DNA from: the human T2T-CHM13v2.0 reference genome, Homo sapiens
DNA: 64,000 bases
Direction: 5' to 3' (one strand)
Assembly (NCBI RefSeq): GCF_009914755.1
Contig: NC_060926.1
Below, piece by piece: positions 51,526-64,000 of the stretch. Below the pieces are notes generated by a model, which searched no databases, was not told the origin of the DNA, and worked only from the letters and a program-made list of their open reading frames with translations. The translations under genes and the position numbers were made by a program. The first letter of the stretch is position 1; the number at the start of each line of letters is the position of its first letter.

Positions 51526-52542
51526 TTACATTTTGGCATGATTTTGCAGTGGCTGGTACCAGTTGTTCCTTTCCATGTTTAGTGCTTCCTTCAGGAGCTC
51601 TTTTAGGGCAGGCCTGGTGGTGACAAAATCTCTCAGCATTTGCTTGTCCGCAAAGTATTTTATTTCTCCTTCACTTATGAAGCTTAGTTTGGCTTGATAT
51701 GAAATTCTGGGTTGAAAATTCTTTTCTTTAGGAATGTTGAATATTGGCCCCCACTCTCTTCTGGCTTGTAGAGTTTCTGCCTAGAGATCCGCTGTTAGTC
51801 TGATGGGCTTCCCTTTGAGGGTAACCTGACCTTTCTCTCTGGCTGCCCTTAACATTTTTTCCTTCATTTCAACTTTGGTGAATCTGACAATTATGTGTCT
51901 TAGAGTTGCTCTTCTCGTGGAGTATCTTTGTGGCATTCTCTGTATTTCCTGAATCTGAATGTTGGCCTGCCTTGCTAAATTGGGGAAATTCTCCTGGATA
52001 ATATCCTGCAGAGTATTTTCCAACTTGGTTCCATTCTCCCCGTCACTTTCACGTACACCAATCAGTCGTAGATTTGGTCTTTTCACTTAGTCCCATATTT
52101 CTTGGAGGCTTTGCTCGTATCTTTTTATTCTTTTTTCTCTAAGCTTCCCTTCTCACTTCATTTCATTCATTTCATCTTCCATCACTAATACCCTTTCTTC
52201 CAGTTGATCGCGTCGGCTCCTGAGGCTTCTGCACTCTTCACGTAGTTCTCCAGCCTTGGTTTTCAGCTCCATCAGCTCCTTTAAGCACTTCTCTGTATTG
52301 GTTATTCTAGTTATACATTCTTCTAAATTTTTTTCAAAGTTTTCAACTTCTTTGCCTCTGCTTTGAATGTCCTCCCATAGCTCGGAGAAATTTGATCGTC
52401 TGAAGCCTTCTTCTCTCAGCTTGTCAAAGTCATTCTCCGTCCAGCTTTGTTCCATTGCTGGTGAGGAACTGCGTTCCTTTGGAGGAGGAGAGACGCTCTG
52501 CTTTTTAGAGTTTCCAGTTTTTCTGCTCTGGTTTTTCCCCAT
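51526..52542 (-). pseudogene. L1 ORF1 with nonsense mutations
   Basis: 1017 nt from MGKNQSRK; in-frame stops at 52153-52155 and 51781-51783. Confidence 0.92.
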
Positions 52543-53442
52543 CTTTGTGGTTTTATCTACTTTTGGTCTTTGATGATGGTGATCTACAGGTGGGTTTTTG
52601 GTGTGGATGTCCTTTCTGTTTGTTAGTTTTCCTTTTAACAGACACAACCCTCAGCTGCAGGTCTGTTGGAGTACCCGGCCCTGTGAAGTGTCAGTCTGCC
52701 CCTGCTGGGGGGTGCCTCCCAGTTAGGCTTCTCGGGGGTCAGGGGTCAGGGACCCACTTGAGGAGGCAGTCTGCCCGTTCTCAGATCTCCAGCTGCGTGC
52801 TGGGAGAACCACTGCTCTCTTCAAAGCTGTCAGACAGGGACATTTAAGTCTGCAGAGGTTACTGCTGTCTTTTTGTTTGTCTGTGCCCTGCCCCCAGAGG
52901 TGGAGCCTACAGAGGCAGGCAGGCCTCCTTGAGCTGTGGTGGGCTCCACCCAGTTCAGTTGGAGCTTCCCGGCTGCTTTGTTTACCTAAGCAAGCCTGGG
53001 CAATGGCGGGCGCCCCTCCCCCAGCCTCACTGCCACCTTGCAGTTTGATCTCAGACTGCTGTGCTATCAATCAGCGAGACTCTGTGGGCATAGGACCCTC
53101 TGAGCCATGTGCGGGATATAATCTCCTGGTGTGCTGTTTTTTAAGCCCTTTGGAAAATTGCAGTATTAGGGTGGGAGTGACCTGATTTTCCAGGTGCCGT
53201 CTGTCACCCCTTTCTTTGACTAGGAAAGGGAACTCCCTGACCCCTTGCACTTCCTGAGTGAGGCAATGCCTCGCCCTGCTTCGGCTCGCGCACAGTGCGC
53301 GCACCCACTGACCTGCACCCACTGTCTGGCACTTCCTATTGAGATGAACCTGGTACCTCAGATGGAAATGCAGAAATCACTGGTCTTCTGCATCTCTCAC
53401 CCTGGGAGCTGTAGACTGGAGCTGTTCCTATTCGGCCATCTT
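52543..53442. promoter_or_regulatory. L1 5'UTR with sense promoter (- strand) and antisense promoter (+ strand, DPP10 direction)
   Basis: Nearly complete 5'UTR with YY1 motif; promoter activity inferred from family knowledge; many CpGs decayed. Confidence 0.6.
53003..53185 (+). CDS. L1 ORF0, shortened to 60 aa by a premature TGA
   Basis: gcaATGg context; MAGAPPPASLPPCSLISDCCAINQRDSVGIGPSEPCAGYNLLVCCFLSPLENCSIRVGVT* matches primate L1 ORF0 (71 aa in L1HS). Expression unknown. Confidence 0.75.
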   Translation: MAGAPPPASLPPCSLISDCCAINQRDSVGIGPSEPCAGYNLLVCCFLSPLENCSIRVGVT

Positions 53443-54020
53443 CTAATAGTCTCTTTCCAGTGCTATCTCTGTGTCTAGCTAAGAAAATAGGTCTCTTCCT
53501 AGAAAATTGCTTTTAATGAAGGAGAGGTATGAGGTAAAAGTAGGGACATTTTGCTGTCAGGCAGAGCTTGAGTTGGATGTATAAAAAAAGAGCTGGAATA
53601 GTTTTTCCCTTATTGCCACTTTCCATTTACATTTGTTCCCATCATTCCATTATTCTTTTTAAAAAGGCTAGAGGAAGTGATGGAAAAACTGAAGATAATA
53701 AAGACACAAAATGCTGAGGATGGATATTTGTGAAAATACATAATAGCAACCAATTGTGGGGCAGGAGGGAAGTCAGAGAACGCTGGGGTCTGTCTCTCCT
53801 ACTCTGCCACAGCATTTTTGAAGCAGCATTTAGTAATTTCTGCACAGGGGGTGCCATACTTAGACAACTCCTTATGATTTTTCAATTTCTCATTATCTTC
53901 AAGAAGTGTTCCAGAAAAGAATCTAGAAGGAACACTATCAAAGATAATGGGTTACAGTTTTCCACAATGGGTAAATAGCCTGAGTTTTCAGATTAAAGAA
54001 TCACACTGAATATTGAGTGA

Positions 54021-54364
54021 TGATGTGGTTTGGCTGTGTACCCACCCAAATCTCATCTTGAATCCCCGTGTGTTGTGGGAGGTTCCTGGTGGGAAGTAAT
54101 TAAGTTGTGGGGGCAGGTCTTTCCGATGCTGTTCTCATGATAGTGAATAAGTCTCACAAGATATGATGGTTTTATACAGGGGAGTTTCCCTGCACAAGCT
54201 CTCTTCTCTTGTCTGCCACCATGTGAGACATGCCTTTCACTTTCTGCCATGATTGTGAGTCCTCCCCAGCCATGTGGAACTGTGCATGCATTAAACCTCT
54301 TACTTTTGTAAATTGCCCAGTCTTGGGTATGCCTTTATCAGCAGCATGAAAATGGACTAATAGA
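54021..54364 (+). mobile_element. THE1B-like solo LTR
   Basis: tgatgtggtttggctgtg...ggactaataga; TSD agtga/agtgg; ATTAAA at 54290-54295. Confidence 0.9.
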
Positions 54365-54544
54365 AGTGGGATTTTTACAAATTCAGTTAGATGACCCAGA
54401 AATCCTCTTTTGCATAAATTAGTTTTATCTGGTTTTCTGCCATTTCAGACTTTGCTAAGCTAGTCTTCCTGAGAAATGTCCTAATTTTTACTCACCAATT
54501 GTCTGTGGATACCTCTGTTTTGCACACCATGGTCAATTCATATT

Positions 54545-54636
54545 CATTTAAATATATTTAATAATTTGATTTATAATGTGTTTCTTATGCATTTAAATAT
54601 ATTTAATAATTTGATTTTTAATGTGTATCTCTTATA
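54545..54636. repeat. Two-copy 45-bp tandem duplication
   Basis: catttaaatatatttaataatttgatttWtaatgtgt starts at 54545 and 54590. Confidence 0.9.
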
Positions 54637-55095
54637 TAATAATGATTTTGAGCATAATAAAATAGATTACTCTTTCTTTCTTGTTCCAACATCTGATTCT
54701 TGCATTAGCTACAAAAAGTTAGTTGAGATTATTTCTCAGCAATGTAGAGCTACTTTGCTGAAAGACTGCTGTATCTTTTTAAAAACTTAATCCAAAGAAA
54801 CCAATAGATCATAAGAAATAACCAAATATAAAGTATCTGTCTAACCAATAGACAAACCTAATTAGAATACTGCCTGCATGCTTATGTAAGTGTTGGCATT
54901 CAGAAAACAATACCCCAAAGTATGTTGCTTTGGCATGCTGAGCAGTTTAAACTAAAAGAGATTGAAGTCACCTCAGATATAAAATCTTTCTCCCGTCTCC
55001 TGCTCTCCTGTCTTCTGCTCCTCTTTCTCCCTCAAAGAAAGTCATAGAAACCAGAGTTCCTCTTATGCAAGGTGAGGCATAAAAACTAGAACCCA

Positions 55096-55243
55096 GTCCA
55101 GGCAGGTTGGCTCACACCTGTAATCCCAGAACTTGGGGAGGTCAAGATGGGAAGATCACTGGAGACTAGGAGTTCAAGGCTGCAGTGAGCTATGATCACA
55201 TGACTGCACTCCAGCCTAGATAACAGAGCAAGATCCTGTCTCA
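55096..55243 (+). mobile_element. Alu monomer (FLAM-like)
   Basis: ggctcacacctgtaatcccag...aggagttcaaggctgcagtgagctatgat...cctgtctca. Confidence 0.85.
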
Positions 55244-55620
55244 GAAAAGCAGAAGCAGAAGCAGAAGAAGGAGAAGGAGAAGAAGAAGAAGGAGAAGAAG
55301 AAGAGGAGGAAGAAGAAGAAGGAAGAAGAAGGAAGAAGGAAGAAGAAGAAGAAGAGGAAAAGAAGAAGAAGAAGGAAGAAGAGGAAGAAGAAGAAAGAAG
55401 AAGAAGGAAGAAGAAGAGGAAGAAGAAGAAGAGGAAGAGGAAGAAAAGGAAGAAGGAGGAAGAAGAAGTGAAGGAAGAAGAAGAGGAAGAAGAAAGAAGG
55501 AAGAAGAAGAAGGAAGAAGAAGAAGAAGGAAGAAGAAGAGGAAGAAGAAGAAAAAGAAAGAAGAAAGAAGAAGAAGAAGAAGAAGAAGAAGAGAAGAAGG
55601 AAGAAAGAAGAAAAGAAGAA
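55244..55620 (+). repeat. Interrupted GAA/GAG/GGAA polypurine tract
   Basis: About 375 nt almost entirely A/G; longest pure run seen is (GAA)8 at 55567-55590. Confidence 0.97.
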
Positions 55621-55669
55621 CCTGCAACTCTTCTTCCCCAAAGCAAGTGGTGAAACATAGAAAGGTCAC

Positions 55670-56518
<849 letters not shown>

Positions 56519-57113
56519 TAATCAGATTTCTATAGAGCTGTCCATTCTTCACTAAACCAAAGCATAAATGCAATTTTTCCTGAGTCTTTGAGTTTTTATT
56601 TCTGACAGCTTCCCTGTCACATAAAACTTTGATTTGAAAAATTTGGTAAGCTTTTATCTTCCTAATCTGTCTTTTGCTATAAGAGTATGACTGTGATTCT
56701 TATCATGGGTGAGGAAAGGTATCACATCTTTCCACTCCTACATAAGGTATGATATACATTTTCCTCTTTGGTAAACAAAATTTCCGAAAGACAAGCAAAT
56801 GGACTGTAACGATATTCTATGACTATACCACTTGGGAGCAAAGTTGGCCATATAGGAAAGGCTGAATATTAGGATTTATTAAATTTATTTTTAAGTGTTT
56901 TAATTCTGTGGAATAATTGGTGTTTAGGCAATTTATATACCTTATATTAATCACTCATAAATCTCCTAGAAAATTAATTTTATTAGACAAACTTTATAAA
57001 AGAGGAAAGAGTAATTAAAATACTATTAATGAAAAGGATCAAGTGAACAAGATAAGCAAACTTTGTTTCCTCTGCCCCAAGTCAAACTAAAATATTCTGT
57101 GTTATAAAAAGAG

Positions 57114-57691
57114 TATAGGGGAGGGAAAATTTTCTTTATCTTGTATCCATATTAGGTTCATCAGGGCTCTAGACAGAGAAAAGGCAGATTAACAAGAGAA
57201 AAATAAACAGAACTTTATTGACACATGCATCACTCTTACCTGTGAGAGCACTCAGTGATGCGAGCACTCAGTGATGAGTGATGATGGTTAGAACCTAAGC
57301 TTATAAAGCATCTTAGCAAAACAATCATTGTTGTGTAGGGAAATGACAAGACAAAAGAAAAGGATTTTGAGCTTCTAGGGGCAGCATGTTGTGGGAAGGC
57401 AAATATGTAAGGAAACTAACCATAGATAATGGTCAGTTAATAAAGTTTCTTTTGTTGATTCCTCTGCTGCTATCTCAAGTTGATAAGGGTCTAAAGTTGT
57501 CTCAAGAGATTAGCTTCTATCCTTCCTGGTAGAGAGAGGAGGGGGGCGCTGTTACACATCTGTCTCTTCTTTGGCAAAGAGGAAGGACAGAGGTTTTCCT
57601 TAAATATGCTGCTTCTCAATTTCATTCCTCTCACAATAATCCTTATGCCAAAGTGGCATATTTCGGGGGTGACATATATTGTTACCCTTTA
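57114..57691 (-). mobile_element. MER34-like ERV1 solo LTR
   Basis: Right end aataatccttatgccaaagtggcatatttcgggggtgacata...cccttta is the reverse complement of the recalled MER34 5' end; tttatt poly(A) signal near 57214. Confidence 0.72.
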
Positions 57692-58599
57692 ATAAATTCA
57701 TGCTGCAATATGTTTATAATAATCAGTACATATTTGTTCATTACTTTTTAAGTACTCAGTAAAAAAAAAAAAAACTGTAAGAATATTAAAATATGAAGGG
57801 CAAAATGCCTCCCTTTAAAGAGTCCTAAATTCAGCTGTGGAGCTAAACATATATATCTTAAGATATGTCAGTATGTATCTTTCTTTTCCGTTTTGAATGA
57901 AAAATTTCAACATATGATGAAGTAGAGAGGGATGAGATGAGATCTCTGCAGGTCCTGGGTCTGTGGTGCTTATGAACATTTTCCTCCTTTGCCTGGCCCT
58001 TCTGTGCTCTGAGGAGGGGGAGGCTGACCCCTTCACCTGTGTTTTTCAGCACCACCCCCACACTTGTTTCTAGCAATAGAAGGCTCCAATGGAGATGGGG
58101 GTGAGGGGGCAAGAGAATCCTTAGCGTGTTTCTCCCTCTGTTTCAGAGCTTTTAGCTTCAAACAACATGTTAACATCTGGCCTTAGTTGCTACAACAACT
58201 TATTTTTAGTTTTAGTTTTCCTTTAACAATTGAAAAGAAATTACAGAGATTTACTATAAATTTCTCAGTAGGCATCTGGAAAAAAATTAAGATATTGTCC
58301 TCATAACCAAACTATTATTATCATATCAAAGCAAAGTAGCAGGATTTCCATTGAACTCTGTTTTAGTTTTTTAAAATTCCTAACTCTCCTACAATTCTGT
58401 TTATAATTGATATATTTGAATCCCAGTCTAAAGAAAGTAAAGATCCCAGTCACATTGAAGTATATTTTATGCAATTGGTACATTCTTATTTTAAAATAAT
58501 GTTATTGTTTATCTGAAATTCAAGCTTAATTGGGTATGTAATGTTTTTATTCATTAGATTTAGGAGTCATAGCCATGTTTCACTTGGTTATTGTGCTTT

Positions 58600-59400
58600 T
58601 ATAGGTCATAGGTAAAATACAAGCCCTGGGTCAGTGGCTAAAGGTAAATATGATGAGCTAATGAAGCTCACATTATAATTTACTGGAGCTCACGTTATAA
58701 TTGATGGTAATAAACAGGCAATACACAATTAAATCAACAATATGTTGATAAGTGCTGTAAACAGAGAAAAAAAAGTAGATGTGACAATGGTAAATGTGCA
58801 CTGGGAGGTCAGGGACAACTTCTCTGGTGACCAAGTGACATTGCCCTGACAGCTAACTTACAGAAAGCACCTACACATGTGCAAATATTATGCTTCACCT
58901 TCAAAGGTTAAAAAATATATATGACGTAAAGTTTCTATGAAAGCCAAATTATAGGTCACATCACTTTTTCATTCTCAGAAGAAGCGATTGAAAATGTAAA
59001 CCCCGTGAGGTGGGAATGCATGTAGTCTACTCAGCAAATGTAAAAAACTGAATATAAGATTTTGATTTGTAGGGTATCTTGAGTAAACTAGAAGGGTATT
59101 TTGAGATAAAGTCAAAGAGGTAGATAGGTGCCATGTTATTTAAAGGCTTTTATGACATAAGGTGGAAATTGGATTTTATTCTACGCGTGCTGAGAAGCTT
59201 AAATATAGGAGAATTAGATGAAACTGATTCCTCTTGCAGGAGAGCCACCTGGCTGCAGAAGATTGTCAGAGATCAAGGGTAGGAGCCTTGGGCTGGTTAG
59301 CAGGGCATGATTATAGTAAGTCAGGTGAGAGATGTAGGTGGTTCCCACCAGAGTTGTAGCAGTGGAGATAGAAGAGGGATGGATTTGGAATGCTGCTTGG
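58600..59400 (-). mobile_element. L2 remnant
   Basis: L2-like stretches (ggaggtcagggacaacttctctg, ttggattttattcta, gtcaggtgagagatg, gtagcagtggagatagaagag). Boundaries approximate. Confidence 0.55.
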
Positions 59401-60121
59401 ACAAATACTTCCTGGCCCTCTAGGGTGATTCAACTAGCTCTGCTTGCTTTTTCTTTATATTTGCAAAAGAATTGTGAGTGAACTTGTATCACAACATCTA
59501 AAATGCTATATTAACTTTCCTGATTATGTTGTTTTTTTCTCCTACTAGACTATAAACCCCTTGATGACAAAAATAGTGTGCATTTCACAGCATCTTGCTC
59601 ATATTCAGTGCTCAGTGCATTCTGGAGAGGAAGTAATTTAATGAGATTTTAGTTTACATTCCACAAAGAATTTCCAATGAATGTGGCTTCTACAATCCTG
59701 TTAATTAAAAGGATTGCAACAATAGTCCAAAAAATACACATGATATGTAATCTGGCTATTATAGAAACTTTAAACGCTATTCTTTTAACCTTTGAAGGTT
59801 AAGCTTGGTTCAAGAGCTGCCTGGAATCACAGCAAAAGTAATAAAACACACAAGTTTTTAGCCTCTTTAAGGGAAAATACATATAACTTCTCCAACTTTC
59901 CTTTACCAAATCATATGACTGATATTGAACTATTCTTTTCTCCTTTGCTGCTTTTGCAATCAAAGCCACTCCCATTATCTTGGTAAAGAATGTATTCTAT
60001 GATTCCTTGACTCCTATAAGCTTAATGACATCAGCTTTTAAAATGTTGACAGAACAAACAAAGTGCACACAGCTGCAACATTCCCTCTGCCTGCAGTTAG
60101 GTGCTTTTATGCTTTTACTAA

Positions 60122-60152
<31 letters not shown>

Positions 60153-60159
60153 CACACAC
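60122..60159. repeat. (CA)n microsatellite with one interruption
   Basis: Read directly. Confidence 0.95.
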
Positions 60160-63100
60160 TCATACTCATTCTACTTCATTTCAATTTGAACTACATGTGG
60201 CTTACTACGTCTCAGTTAATGGCAAGCAACATGTTGGCTTTTATAAAAGTTAATTATTACTTGTATATTAATTTGTTTAATTTTGTTTGCCCCTAAACAC
60301 TCTGAGAAGGAATCGTTGCTATTTTGTTAGATTTTCTGCTACCTCTCACATGAGCCTGATACTTGGATTTCCATTTTTTAATGAATAAGTAACCGATGTA
60401 ATGAACTAAATAATAACCTTGTTGAACCTAATGTTATGAAGTCAAGTGTGTTTGTCACCCAAAGAATTTTAAGTGGCTGGATGGTGAGAAGAGTCCCGTT
60501 AGAGTAATGCCCATGAATTATAACACCCACTAGCAGCAAAACAACACGTGCATTCTAGAGTGGCTCAACCTAATGCGTGAGGCATTTGGGAAACTCTTGA
60601 GAACATACTCACAAAAGAGTAGTATTCAGTTTATGATTATTTATCTTAGAGCCTCTTTGTGATTACTTATTTGGTAAATATATCAATTTTATAGAATTAT
60701 TCAACCTGGCTTCTCTATAATTATTAATTCATTATTTAGCATTCCCATTTGTTGTAAAATACTCTCTACTCTTCCCTGAAACTGAGTTATTACGTTAAGG
60801 CTCATTGATATTTTATTCCTCATAGGCAGGATCGTGAGGGCATTAGGAAGAACTTGGGTATTTCTTTGTTAGAGATGGACAAAGTAGTTCTATATACAAC
60901 AAGGTTATTTGCTGGACCCAGCCCTACATTACATTGTATGATTTTTGCCTCGTCAGCTCTTATTACAGTGACTATCCCCTTGTAGAGAGATACTCAAGTA
61001 TTATTTGTTGTAACTTGAATGAAGAAACAGCACTTGAGTTGGAAATAGGAAAAAGGCAACTCTTCACAGTTTGTGTTTATGTGCCCAGAAATGCTTGTTG
61101 ACTACACACAAACACCATGCTGAAATATAATCATCCAACGAAATAAAGCTAAGCTGAGATAATTACCACTGGGATATTTTTAGTCAATAATAATTATATG
61201 TTAACCAACTGGTATTTTCTGCCAAACGAGAGATGGCATTTCTGTTGATGACACGTTGCATGTGTTCTTTCTACAGCTGTATCTTCATGAGTCAACAGGC
61301 TTTCTCTAAGTCTCTCTGCAATAGGAATTAACAATCAGACCATCTTGCTCTTTTTTTTATTGCCCTTTTTGCTCCACTTGATGTAAACAGGGATACTGGC
61401 CATTTCTTAAATGATTTTTATTTTTCTACTATTTTTCTCAGCATACCAATTTTCCCTTCAATACTCAAGTTTAACGTTGAGAGAGAAATGAATTTTGCCC
61501 CCCTCAAAGCCTCTGTTTACATTTAGTTAATGAGATAATTTGTTTAAAGGCTAAATACCATTACTCATATGCTAAAGTTTCACACCATGTAGAAAGTTTA
61601 TAGAAACACATTAAACTGAATGCCAAAACTATCTAGACCTCACTAAAAATTGGGATCTATGTGCCTCATTTTAGTGAAGAAGTTTGAATTAAGAGAGATC
61701 ACATCACTCTCTCTGACATCCAGGGTGAAGTCTCAGCATTATGGACTCCATCCTCACCGTCATCTTGTACTAGTTAACTTTTCCCTAACTGGTAACCTAC
61801 ACATAAGAATATTGCACTTTTTCATTATGATTGACAGAGATCCTAGTATTGGTGTATGGAGACTATTAGATAAAAATCTTGGCATTAAAAGCAGGAGAAG
61901 GAATATGGAAAAATGCAGAGCTGTCAAGAAGGCTAATGCATATAGGTTTTAAGAACCACATGAAGGTACTACTTTTGGAACACAGTGGAAATCAAATGCA
62001 TGACTTATCAACATAATCATTTTTGGATAGTATGCACTACTTGAACATATTTAACTAATCCAAAGTCTTCCAAGGCTTGGATATACACTGGTAGAATGAT
62101 GATTAACAACAGGACTTATATCTGTGCTTTCTTATGACTCCAATAAATATGAAGTCCTTACTACTGGACACTGATTGTGTAAGCAGTATAGCACCCATAG
62201 AGAGTGATCACAATCTGAGATCATTCTATCTTATGGTAGCTAAAACAGTGCACATTCAAGGATATATGAGAATACACTGAGTAAATACCAGATGTAGAAG
62301 GAAAGGATTTTGAAGTAGTATGTGAAATGGCTCACAGCACATGAGTTGGTGTCAGACGAATCTGGATTTGAGACCTGGGTCCTCATCTGAATAACTCTAT
62401 AATCGTCATCAGCTAAGTTCTTTAAAGTACAGTTTCCAAATTTATACATCTGAGGTACCAATATCCATAACATAAATATAAAATAAAAAAGATGTTTATA
62501 ATAGTGTTATTTTAGCACATATAAATAAGCATTTATTATAATTATAAATATATAAATAATTTGTCCAAGATTCATTTCATTAAACTGAGAAGAGAAATAA
62601 CATATTAAAAATATTTATCCCATTTCTCCAAATCAATGGGAGAAAAGTACAAGATGAGTTGTGGGGGTGGATAGATGAGGAAAAGACAATGTCTTTACGG
62701 TATTTCCAGTTCACTTCTTTGTTTGCCTTGCTCAGTGTAAGTAGATCTTGGGGAATTAAAGAGTCAGCTGATATGATGATTTGTTTGTTACCAGAACCTC
62801 AGCATTCTAAGGAGATATACTATTGACCTAGAAGACTGGGGCCTGTGTTCTCTCAGTAACCACTTGTATTTTCCAGGACAAATAAGTTCTCATCTTCTCA
62901 TCTGTATAATAAAGAGTTGGTTCTTATGGTCATTACGGTCCCTTTTAGGCACAACTATTTGCTGATATAATAACGTCATCTTCAATTTACTTATTCTCTG
63001 TTGTCGATGGGAAATCAATTCAAAGTCTCGTATTTTTATGCTTTTTTTTTGATTATTTTGTTTTCTTCCCCCCGCAAAGCCTGAAATTAACTGGCACAGC

Positions 63101-63881
63101 TGTGGAATTAGTAAAACCTACTGAGGCTCTAGTCGTTGGTGACCTTTAGTTTTAATAAGCTGTGCTGGGTTTTATTGTCTATAACTAGTTTCTTTTAAGT
63201 AGATATGTTCACTTTGATATCATATTAATAGAAAACTCTCTAAAATATCAGCCTTAACATAAATTGTTGAACTGCATTTTAGAGTTCTTACTTTTTCATT
63301 TTTTAATTCTTATATTTCACAAAGATGTATGCTTTCATTAAAACGTGTATACATAATTACACTCATCCTCTTAATATCACATATATATAACTAATATTTT
63401 TAAGAGCATAAGTGGAAAACATGCAAAACCAAGTGAATATAATTTATATAGGATATTATCTTCACAATAATATTGGATTCAGGACAGATGATTAGATGAG
63501 CAAGATATTATAGTTTATAGATCGGACTGTATTTAATATAGTTTGTATTTTAATTTCAGTGTCTGTGATTTAAATTACAATGAATTTTTTAAAATTGCAT
63601 ATAAATGCATTGTTTTAGACAGATTAATTCTTTATATTCATAGTCATCATTAAATGAGTTTTTCAGTATGGTGAAAACATTATTTTTTCTTTCTATGAAG
63701 ATCTTTGTGTAAAGATTTCCTTCAGTTTTATTTGAAAGAATCCATTACCTTCAAAATAGTCATATTATTTTTTCTTTGCCAGTATAAGAAACTAAAGTTA
63801 TTGTTATGATTTGCATATTTATATTGAATTTTCCTTTGTCATTTATATTATTTCTATTTATTTAAAAAGTATATGTGAATA

Positions 63882-64000
63882 GGCTGGGTGCGGTGGCTCA
63901 TACCTCTAATCCCAGCACATTGGGAGGCTGAGGTGGGCAGTTCGCTTGAGGCCAGGAGTTTGAGACCAGCCTGGCCAACATGGTGAAACTGCATCTCTAC
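63882..64000 (+). mobile_element. Alu left arm, cut by the window end
   Basis: ggctgggtgcggtggctca...gaccagcctggccaacatggtgaaac. Confidence 0.93.

Noticed and set aside
57246-57276. 15-bp direct repeat gagcactcagtgatg
   Set aside because: Ordinary slippage duplication inside an LTR.
61250-61300. Acceptor-like ttctttctacag with nearby TGCATG and TGAGTCA, as a cryptic exon or enhancer
   Set aside because: No convincing donor or DPP10-like peptide; such short motifs are expected by chance in 64 kb.

Overview
AT-rich primate (most likely human) DNA from inside the DPP10 gene, transcribed on the + strand. It holds one host coding exon (14748-14843, 96 bp, phase 1-1, peptide (D)ELTNSSETRLSLEDLFRKDFVLHDPEARWIN(D); exon 3 from memory of the reference transcript). 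The rest is intron filled with transposon fossils: a 5'-inverted L1PA (347-5092), a near full-length but dead L1PA2/3-type element (47405-53442), older L1 fragments, MaLR LTRs and proviruses, ERV1 LTRs, Alus, MIR/L2/MER5 and microsatellites. Apart from L1 fragments, nearly all ORFs in the supplied track are noise. There is no prokaryote-type system, and nothing here demonstrates a new system. The best hypothesis is that the full-length L1's antisense promoter and ORF0 point in the DPP10 direction, and the first ORF0 splice donor is phase 1, matching this intron, so an in-frame ORF0-DPP10 fusion is possible. Other leads are inverted Alus around the exon, direct L1 repeats that could delete it in frame, a ~375-bp GAA-rich purine tract, and a duplicated TACTAAC-containing element. 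Subfamily names come from recalled consensus sequences and need RepeatMasker/Dfam confirmation.
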